From positions 24,159-88,158 of the forward strand of contig NZ_JAUMUI010000004.1 in the NCBI RefSeq assembly GCF_030530745.1: 64,000 bases of DNA, in the 5' to 3' direction. This DNA is from Neisseria sp. GTDB lineage: Bacteria; Pseudomonadota; Gammaproteobacteria; Burkholderiales; Neisseriaceae. The position numbers and the translations under genes are program-made. Positions 38,007 through 45,016 of this stretch are shown here, piece by piece (position 1 is the stretch's first letter; every line of letters begins with the position of its first letter). The notes below the pieces were generated by a model, which did no database searches, was not told the DNA's origin, and worked only from the letters and a program-made list of their open reading frames with translations.

Positions 38007-38300
38007 ACAACTGTAGGGTGTGCGGCTTTGCTGCCTACGTTATCGGAGGCCGTCTGAAAAGTTTTTCAGACGGCCTTGTTTTTAATTTATGGTAATTAAA
38101 AGATATATGAAAATATCAAGTCGCATGTATTAAAACATATACATACCCTTATGGGGTAGATAAAATTTAATTATTCTTTTCAAAAAATAAACCGGTTTGC
38201 CGGAACAAAGTTTGGGTTATGCTTGTCAAACATAACGAGAACGCCTGATAAAGGCCGTTTCTCTTTTCTTTTAACTTTTCATTTTTAAGAGGTATGATTT

Positions 38301-38465
38301 ATGAAAGAACTGAATCAGTTTGAATTGGAAAAAGTTTCTGGTGGTTTTCTTCCGGCGTTGGCCGCTATACCGATCGGTTGGAAAATTTTTGGTGCTTCAG
38401 CTGCTGTCGGTGTTACGGCAGGAACCGCAGTAGGTCTTAATCGTGTCAACCGAGAAAAGAAATAA
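38301..38465 (+). CDS. GG-leader peptide MKELNQFELEKVSGG|FLPALAAIPIGWKIFGASAAVGVTAGTAVGLNRVNREKK
   Basis: RBS aagagg; hydrophobic Gly/Ala-rich core (membrane-active type). Confidence 0.65.
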   Translation: MKELNQFELEKVSGGFLPALAAIPIGWKIFGASAAVGVTAGTAVGLNRVNREKK

Positions 38466-38514
38466 CTTATTTTTAATTAATTAATGAAAAGTATGTAACT
38501 TATAAGGACTGGTT

Positions 38515-38607
38515 ATGAGCGACAAAACTATTATGCTTATTGTATCCATATCTATGATAATAGGATTGTTGGTTGGAACCTTTGTAGGGTTGCATAGCCT
38601 CAAATAA
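38515..38607 (+). CDS. 30-aa single-TM peptide MSDKTIMLIVSISMIIGLLVGTFVGLHSLK (candidate immunity peptide)
   Basis: Homologous to the 31-aa peptide at 39343..39438; sits immediately after a microcin gene. Confidence 0.45.
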   Translation: MSDKTIMLIVSISMIIGLLVGTFVGLHSLK

Positions 38608-38644
38608 ATGATCTATCTTAAATTTAAAGAAAGGATGCTGTATT

Positions 38645-38815
38645 ATGCAAATGAAGCATGTTCAGACTTTGGGTAATGTTCGTGAATTGGAAATGCATGA
38701 ATTAGAAAGTATTTCTGGTGGCTTCCCGCCTGCACTTATAGCAGCAGGGTATGTTGCTGCTGGTTTTGGTACTGGTTTTGGCGTTTCTTACGGTCTTGCC
38801 CGCTGGCTTGGTTAA
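38645..38815 (+). CDS. GG-leader peptide (26-aa leader ...RELEMHELESISGG|FPPALIAAGYVAAGFGTGFGVSYGLARWLG)
   Basis: RBS aaaggatg; hydrophobic Gly-rich core. Confidence 0.6.
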   Translation: MQMKHVQTLGNVRELEMHELESISGGFPPALIAAGYVAAGFGTGFGVSYGLARWLG

Positions 38816-38945
38816 GCGAGCAAGCGTAGGGTGTGCGGCCTCGGGCACGCACGCATTATTTCGAACCTTGAACTGCGTGCGCGGCTTTGCCGCACACCCT
38901 GCGTTATCAGAAGCCGTCTGAAAAGTTTTTCAGACGGCTTTTTTA
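38816..38945. repeat. Palindromic repeat family copy (e) plus inverted DUS pair
   Basis: gcaagcgtagggtgtgcggcctcgggcacgcacgc...gaaccttgaactgcgtgcgcggctttgccgcacaccctgcg...gccgtctgaaaagtttttcagacggc. Confidence 0.55.
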
Positions 38946-39164
38946 ATTTTTGGTAATTAAAAATCATATGAAAACATCAAGTCACATGTATTAAAACATA
39001 TACATACCCTTACAGGGTGGATAAAAGTTGATTATTCTTTTCAAAAAAAAATTAAACTTATTTTAGAAACTAAATTTATTCTGTTCTGTCAATAATAGCG
39101 AGAACGCCTGATAAAGGCTGTTTCTCTTTTCTTGTAAATTTTTATTTTTTAAGAGGTATGATTT

Positions 39165-39320
39165 ATGAAAGAACTGAATCAGTTTGAATTGGAACAGATT
39201 TCCGGCGGCATCGCGCCCGCTATTATCGTTGGCTACCTTGCTTTGGGAGGTGTCGGCTTTACAGGCGGCATAGCCACGGGAGTGAACCGTAAAAATCGGG
39301 GGGATAAATCGGCTCTCTGA
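39165..39320 (+). CDS. GG-leader peptide MKELNQFELEQISGG|IAPAIIVGYLALGGVGFTGGIATGVNRKNRGDKSAL
   Basis: Leader and ~200-bp upstream region near-identical to the 38301 cassette; core diverged. Confidence 0.65.
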   Translation: MKELNQFELEQISGGIAPAIIVGYLALGGVGFTGGIATGVNRKNRGDKSAL

Positions 39321-39342
39321 TTAATTTTAAGGTAATACTATT

Positions 39343-39438
39343 ATGAATACCAATACTGCTATTATAATAGGATTAATGTTTTTATTTGCGGTAGGGTTTC
39401 TTGCCGGAATTTTTGTAGGTCTGAACAGGCTTAATTAA
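39343..39438 (+). CDS. 31-aa single-TM peptide MNTNTAIIIGLMFLFAVGFLAGIFVGLNRLN (candidate immunity peptide)
   Basis: Paralog of 38515..38607. Confidence 0.45.
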   Translation: MNTNTAIIIGLMFLFAVGFLAGIFVGLNRLN

Positions 39439-39456
39439 ATCCAAGGAGGATTATTT

Positions 39457-39648
39457 ATGAACAATATGACACATTTTGTTGATGCACGTGAGCTGGAATT
39501 GCACGATTTGGAAAATATTGCCGGAGGCATTGCCTTTGTCCCCGCCTTGATTGCCGGTGCCAAAGTGGCCGGAGGCGCAGTTGCTGCCGGAGCAGCATTG
39601 TATGGCGGCTTCAAACTTGGTGACTATCTTGGTTACAAGCATGGTTAA
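39457..39648 (+). CDS. GG-leader peptide (...ARELELHDLENIAGG|IAFVPALIAGAKVAGGAVAAGAALYGGFKLGDYLGYKHG)
   Basis: RBS aaggagga; Gly/Ala-rich hydrophobic core. Confidence 0.65.
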   Translation: MNNMTHFVDARELELHDLENIAGGIAFVPALIAGAKVAGGAVAAGAALYGGFKLGDYLGYKHG

Positions 39649-39654
39649 TTAAGC

Positions 39655-39780
39655 AGGCGTAGGGTGTGTGCCCTCGGGCATACACGCGTTGTTTTGAACC
39701 TTGTTAATACCGCGTGCGCGGCTTTGCCGCACACCCTGCGTTATCGGAGGCCGTCTGAAAAATTTTTCAGACGGCCTTGC
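39655..39780. repeat. Palindromic repeat family copy (f) plus inverted DUS pair
   Basis: agcaggcgtagggtgtgtgccctcgggcatacacgcg...gaaccttgttaataccgcgtgcgcggctttgccgcacaccctgcg...ggccgtctgaaaaatttttcagacggcc. Confidence 0.55.
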
Positions 39781-39974
39781 TTATATCTGCTTCTCCGGCA
39801 GGCGGTTTGTGCCGAATGAAATATTTTTATACGGTATAGTTTTTGATGTTGATTTCCCGTTTTTCATATGCCGTTTTCTTATTTAAAAATTAATTGAACC
39901 AATGCCCGTTTTTTCGGTCTGAACCTTGTTCGGTTTTGCAGGTTTTCGATTATCAGGATTTTTGGGTATTGCAA

Positions 39975-41267
39975 ATGGCTGGAAACGACAGTTTTTTCCG
40001 CCCGGAAATTTTCGAGGCGAAGAAGAATAAATGGACGGGGCATGTGGTGTTGTCGCGGCCGTTTTCTTTTGTGTTTTTAACGGGCTGTGCGGCGGCGGGG
40101 GCGTTTGCGCTGATTGTGTTCGCCTTTTTCGGCAGCTATACGCGCAAAACCACGGTGGAGGGGCAGCTGCTGCCGGTGTCGGGCCTGGTGCGGGTGTATG
40201 CGCCGGATACGGGCACGGTTACGGCCAAAAGGGTGAACGACGGCGATTATGTGGAGCAGGGCGACGAGCTTTTAACGATTTCTATGCCGCGCTACAGCGG
40301 CGGCGGCGATGTGCGTGCGAAACTGGTTAAAGAGGCGGAGATGAAAAAAGACATGCTGCTGCGCGAAATCGAGCGGCAGAAAAAAGTGCAGAAGGGCGAA
40401 GAGCGCTCGCTCACCGATACGGTGGGCAGGCTGCAGAACCAGCTTGCCGATGTGCGCAGCCAGATCAAGGGGCAGGGCAGACGGGTGGAGCTGGCGGCAC
40501 AGATTATCGAAAAATACCGCCCGCTGCTGAAAAAGGGGTTTATTTCAGAGCAGCAGATGATGGAGTATGAAAACGAGCATCTGAACCAGGTTTCGCAGTT
40601 GGACGCGCTCAAGCGGGAAGAGGCGGGCGTGCTGCGCGAGCTGAACACGCAGAAGCAGACGCTGGCCGACCTGCCCGACAAGCAGGAAACCGAATTGAGC
40701 CAGCTTAACCGCACGGTGTCGGAGCTGAAGCAGGAAGGGTTGAATTTGGATTTGCAGCAGGAGCAGACGGTGCACGCGAGCAAATCGGGCTATGTGAGCA
40801 CTTCTAATGTGGAAGTGGGGCAGCAGGTCAGCCCTTCGCAGCTGCTGCTGAGCATCGTGCCGGGCAAAACCGAGCTGGTGGCGAACTTATATGTGCCCAG
40901 CCGGGCGGCGGGCTTTGTGAAGCCTGAAGATAAAGTGGTGCTGCGCTATCAGGCTTACCCCTATCAGAAATTCGGCCATGCAGAGGGCAGGATTCTTTCG
41001 ATTGCGAAAACGGCCTTGGGCAAGCAGGAGCTGGCAAGCCTGGGCAGCGGCTCGGCCGAGGGCGCAGAAAACCAGATGATACAGGCGCAGGCCAACGAGC
41101 CTGTGTATCTGGTGAGGGTGAAGCTGGACAAGCAGACGATTAAGGTATACGGCGAAGAAAAACCGCTGCAAATCGGCATGGTGGCCGAGGCCGATATTCT
41201 GCACGAGCGCAAAAAGCTTTATGAATGGGTGCTCGACCCGCTTTACAGCATTACAGGCAAGCTTTGA
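39975..41267 (+). CDS. cvaA: HlyD-family membrane fusion protein, CvaA-like (microcin/bacteriocin type I secretion)
   Basis: N-terminus FFRPEIFEAKKNKWTGHVVLSRP parallels CvaA (FRQDALENRKMKWQGRAILLP); single TM, long coiled-coil, C-terminal beta domain. Confidence 0.8.
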   Translation: MAGNDSFFRPEIFEAKKNKWTGHVVLSRPFSFVFLTGCAAAGAFALIVFAFFGSYTRKTTVEGQLLPVSGLVRVYAPDTGTVTAKRVNDGDYVEQGDELLTISMPRYSGGGDVRAKLVKEAEMKKDMLLREIERQKKVQKGEERSLTDTVGRLQNQLADVRSQIKGQGRRVELAAQIIEKYRPLLKKGFISEQQMMEYENEHLNQVSQLDALKREEAGVLRELNTQKQTLADLPDKQETELSQLNRTVSELKQEGLNLDLQQEQTVHASKSGYVSTSNVEVGQQVSPSQLLLSIVPGKTELVANLYVPSRAAGFVKPEDKVVLRYQAYPYQKFGHAEGRILSIAKTALGKQELASLGSGSAEGAENQMIQAQANEPVYLVRVKLDKQTIKVYGEEKPLQIGMVAEADILHERKKLYEWVLDPLYSITGKL

Positions 41268-41477
41268 ACGACGGTATGAAAAAACTGCTTTGCCAAACCG
41301 GCCCGATGGCAATTGCTGCGTTTGTTTATTTGTTTATCAAAAAAACAATCGGGGTTTGTCTATAGGCGCTCAGCGTGTCGTTTTATACGGCTGCATGACT
41401 TCGGGGGCAATTGCCGGATTTTGGTTAAGAAATAAATATTTTCAAGAAAAACGGTAACAGAAAACGCAACCGAGGCT

Positions 41478-41645
41478 ATGAGAAAGCTTTTTTATCAGAT
41501 TATTCCTTTGGTTTTTTTGTTATCCGTGTGCTTTATTATTAAGCAGGCTACTGATATTTCAGGAATTCTGTATTGGATTTTATTTATATTCTGCGTAATG
41601 TCCGGCTGCGTAATAGGCAATATTATTTCAAAAAAAATCGATTGA
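41478..41645 (+). CDS. 55-aa two-TM membrane protein (possible immunity/accessory protein)
   Basis: MRKLFYQIIPLVFLLSVCFIIKQATDISGILYWILFIFCVMSGCVIGNIISKKID. Confidence 0.35.
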   Translation: MRKLFYQIIPLVFLLSVCFIIKQATDISGILYWILFIFCVMSGCVIGNIISKKID

Positions 41646-41765
41646 AGAAAACCATCGGTTATTCAAATAAAATTTAATCTATGTATTTGAAATGCGCCTG
41701 TATGTCAGCCGTCTGAATTTTTCAGACGGCTTAATCCAATTAATAAAACAGGGTTTGAAGAAACT

Positions 41766-43880
41766 ATGAATTATTTGGAACGCCTCTCTTTCGGGTTCGG
41801 CAAAAAGCTGCCCGTAGTATTGCAAACCGAGGTGGCCGAATGCGGTTTGGCCTGCCTGACTGCGGTTGCGGGCTATCACGGTTATCATTCCGATTTGCGC
41901 ACGATGAGGCAGAAATATTCGCTCTCGCAAAAAGGGCTGACGCTGGCCGATATTGTGCGCTTTGCCAATGATTTGAACCTGACTTCGCGCGCGCTGCGGC
42001 TGGATCTGGACGACCTGCCCAACCTGCGCGCGCCCTGTATCCTGCACTGGGATCTGAACCATTTCGTGGTGCTCAAAGAGGTGGTTAAAGACGGCATCAT
42101 GATTATGGATCCCGCCGTGGGAATGCGCAAAATCAGGCAGGAAGAGGTGTCGCAGAAGTTTACCGGCATTGCGCTGGAATTGTGGCCGAACACGCATTTT
42201 GAAAAAAAAGAAGAAAAGAAAAAAGTTAAAATCCTCACGCTGCTCAAAGGCGTTACCGGCGTTAAGCGTTCGTTGGCGCAGGTGCTGCTGCTGGCATTTG
42301 CGCTGGAAATTTTCGGCCTGGTCAGCCCGTTTCTGATGCAGTGGGTTATCGACCATGTGATTGTGTCGGCAGACCGAAACCTTCTGCTGACGCTGGTTTT
42401 GGGCTTCGGCCTGCTGAAAATACTGGAGCAGCTTACCGGCCTTTTGCAGGCGTGGGTAAACATGCACCTGACCACCACGCTGAATGTGCAGTGGAAAGCC
42501 AACATATTCAAAAGGCTGCTCGAGCTGCCCGCCGATTACTTTTCCAAACGCCATCTGGGCGATGTGATTTCGCGCTTCGGGGCCATCGACAATATTCAGG
42601 AAACCTTAACCTCCACCGCCTTTAAAACCATTTTAAGCGGCATTATGGCCGTGTTTACGCTGGTGCTGATGTTTTATTACAGCTGGCTGTTAACGGTGGT
42701 GGTATTGGTTGCGCTGGCTTTGTATGTCATTATCCGCATCGTTGCCTATTATCCGCTGCGCAACGCCACCGAAGAAAACATTGTGCACGATGCCAAGCAA
42801 GACACCTATTTTATGGAAACGGTGCGCGGAATCCACACGGTCAAGCTGTTTGAAAAAAACGAGCAGCGGCACAGCTCGTGGATGACCTTGTTTGTCGATA
42901 CGGTGAATACCGATTTGACCAAACAGAAGCTCACCAATATTTTCGACTTTGCCAACAAACTCCTGTTCGGCATAGAAGGCATATTGATTATCTATCTGGG
43001 CGCCGACAAGATTCTTGCGGGCGGTTTCACCGTGGGCGCGCTCACGGCATTTTGGGCGTATAAAAACCAGTTTGAAGAACGAGTGGGCGAGCTGGTCGAC
43101 CAATACATCAAAATCCGCATGCTGGGTCTGCACGCCGAGCGTCTGGCCGACATCGTGCTCACCGAAACCGAAACGGAAAAAACCAAAGAAATTTATGTTC
43201 CCGAGGTTGAGGGGGACATCGATATTGCGGTGGAAGACGTATCGTTCCGCTATTCCGACACCGAGCCGTATATTCTGAAAAACATCAGCCTGCATATCAG
43301 GCAGGGCGAATCGGTGGCGTTTACCGGCAGCTCGGGCTGCGGCAAAACCACGCTGATGAACATCTTAATCGGCAACCTTGCGCCCGAATCGGGCAAAGTG
43401 CTGGTAAACGGGCACGACATCCACAAACTTTCACCGCGCTTTATCCGCGGGTTGAGCGGCACGGTAACGCAGGATGATGTGTTGTTTGCCGGCTCGATAG
43501 CGGAAAACATCTGCTTTTTCGACGAAACGCCCGACCAGCAGAAGATTATGCAGTGCGCGGCGATGGCGCAGATACACGAAGACATCATGCAGATGACCAT
43601 GGGCTACGAAACCCTGATAGGCGACATGGGCAACGCCCTGTCGGGCGGACAGAAGCAGCGGATTATTCTGGCGCGCGCGCTTTACCGCGAGCCGAAGATA
43701 CTGTTTCTCGACGAGGCGACAAGCCATTTGGATATGGAAAACGAGCGGGCGATCAACGAAAACCTGAAGCGGTTGAACATTACCAAAATCATGGTTGCGC
43801 ACCGCAGGGAAACGATTGAGTCGGCCGACAGGGTGGTGGATATGGAGGCGCTGGCGCACAGGGAGGAGCAGGAAGGGTAG
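41766..43880 (+). CDS. cvaB: Peptidase-C39-domain ABC transporter, CvaB-like (leader-cleaving microcin exporter) copy 1
   Basis: LQTEVAECGLACL (catalytic Cys), PCILHWDLNHFVVL (His), 6 TM, Walker A GSSGCGKTT, signature LSGGQKQR, Walker B ILFLDEATS; high similarity to E. coli CvaB throughout. Confidence 0.85.
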   Translation: MNYLERLSFGFGKKLPVVLQTEVAECGLACLTAVAGYHGYHSDLRTMRQKYSLSQKGLTLADIVRFANDLNLTSRALRLDLDDLPNLRAPCILHWDLNHFVVLKEVVKDGIMIMDPAVGMRKIRQEEVSQKFTGIALELWPNTHFEKKEEKKKVKILTLLKGVTGVKRSLAQVLLLAFALEIFGLVSPFLMQWVIDHVIVSADRNLLLTLVLGFGLLKILEQLTGLLQAWVNMHLTTTLNVQWKANIFKRLLELPADYFSKRHLGDVISRFGAIDNIQETLTSTAFKTILSGIMAVFTLVLMFYYSWLLTVVVLVALALYVIIRIVAYYPLRNATEENIVHDAKQDTYFMETVRGIHTVKLFEKNEQRHSSWMTLFVDTVNTDLTKQKLTNIFDFANKLLFGIEGILIIYLGADKILAGGFTVGALTAFWAYKNQFEERVGELVDQYIKIRMLGLHAERLADIVLTETETEKTKEIYVPEVEGDIDIAVEDVSFRYSDTEPYILKNISLHIRQGESVAFTGSSGCGKTTLMNILIGNLAPESGKVLVNGHDIHKLSPRFIRGLSGTVTQDDVLFAGSIAENICFFDETPDQQKIMQCAAMAQIHEDIMQMTMGYETLIGDMGNALSGGQKQRIILARALYREPKILFLDEATSHLDMENERAINENLKRLNITKIMVAHRRETIESADRVVDMEALAHREEQEG

Positions 43881-44008
43881 CGGTTTTGCCGAAAAGGCCG
43901 TCTGAAAATTTGCCTTTCAGACGGCTTTTTATCGGCAGTAAAAACGATGTAACTATTCGGCATTAACTATTATTTAAATAATGAATGATTTTGTTAATTT
44001 AATTAATG

Positions 44009-44023
44009 TTTTTTTTTTTTTTT
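44009..44023. repeat. Homopolymeric T15 tract in AT-rich intergenic region
   Basis: aattaatg(t)15gcgaac, seen directly. Confidence 0.7.
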
Positions 44024-44352
44024 GCGAACTTTTGAGAATTGTCGCGGTCTTATCGTATATGAAAAAAGCCGGTTCGGCCAACGGGTTGCATGGTTTGCAT
44101 AATTGTTATTCAAAATACATTGCAATCCGAATGTCTTAACAAGCAAGTTTATGCGTTTTCAAAATAGATGTGCTTGAACTCGGATATTGTAATTGAAAAA
44201 CATGAAAATCCTTTTATAAACTTGTTTTTTTAGGAAGCTTTTTAGTACAAATCGTTACGGAAAAATATTGATTATAGGATAAGTTTGATGAATAAAAATA
44301 TGGTGTTGGTGTCTGATTGGTATTTTGAAAATTTTTAAATAAGAGAGGAAAT

Positions 44353-44571
44353 ATGGAGGGTAAAAAGTTTGCAGGCTGCCGTAAAAATAAAATAACGGAA
44401 TGGGTAATTATTATATTGTTAATGATTTTTTGCGGTTTATTTTCAAGATTTTATTTAAAAGAATTGGTTTCGGATGAAAATTATAAGACAGCAAGTTTCG
44501 GATTACTTGTTATTTGTTTTCTGATTTTTTATCCGTTGTTATGTAAAATTTTCATAAAGAAAGGAAAGTAA
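44353..44571 (+). CDS. 72-aa two-TM membrane protein (candidate immunity protein)
   Basis: Hydrophobic segments VIIILLMIFCGLF and FGLLVICFLIFYPLL; immediately upstream of the microcin gene at 44574. Confidence 0.4.
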   Translation: MEGKKFAGCRKNKITEWVIIILLMIFCGLFSRFYLKELVSDENYKTASFGLLVICFLIFYPLLCKIFIKKGK

Positions 44572-44573
44572 TT

Positions 44574-44927
44574 ATGTTTGAATTGGAAATCCGCGATCTG
44601 GAAGTTGTATCAGGAGGAGGTTGGCCTATTTTGGGAGCCATAGCTGCAGGAGCAGCTAGAGTTGCAAGTACTTCTGCTGCTAGGAATGCAGCTATAGGAG
44701 CAGGTACATATACTGGCTATTCTTATTTAAGCGGTAATGAAATTACGGCTGCAGGAGTTGCAGGAGCTATGGTTGGCGGTTCAGTAGGAGGTGCAATTAA
44801 AAATACAACAGGAGCCGCTATAGCAGGATCGGCTACAGCCGGAGCAACAGAGGGATTGGTTAACGGTAACAGCCCCCTGCTTAATAGGGATAAAAATGAT
44901 TATGATGCAGGGGGTGGCGAGTATTAA
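44574..44927 (+). CDS. GG-leader Gly/Ala-rich microcin precursor MFELEIRDLEVVSGG|GWPILGAIAAGAARVAS... (102-aa core)
   Basis: RBS aaaggaaagtaatt; leader consensus; colicin V/microcin-type Gly-rich core. Confidence 0.65.
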   Translation: MFELEIRDLEVVSGGGWPILGAIAAGAARVASTSAARNAAIGAGTYTGYSYLSGNEITAAGVAGAMVGGSVGGAIKNTTGAAIAGSATAGATEGLVNGNSPLLNRDKNDYDAGGGEY

Positions 44928-45016
44928 GTTTGAAAATCGAAAACTTTGTTAAATATATTGTTTTATGCCGTCTGAAAACTTCAGACGGCATTTTTCAGAT
45001 ATATTCCAGAATGTTT

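Noticed and set aside
36117-39780. Possible CRISPR array formed by the recurring palindromic repeats
   Set aside because: Repeats are irregularly spaced (0.3-0.9 kb), separated by protein-coding peptide genes rather than uniform spacers, and vary in length; no cas genes.
41276-41365. 29-aa hydrophobic ORF MKKLLCQTGPMAIAAFVYLFIKKTIGVCL just after cvaA
   Set aside because: Could be another immunity-type peptide, but it is very short with weak RBS evidence; not called.
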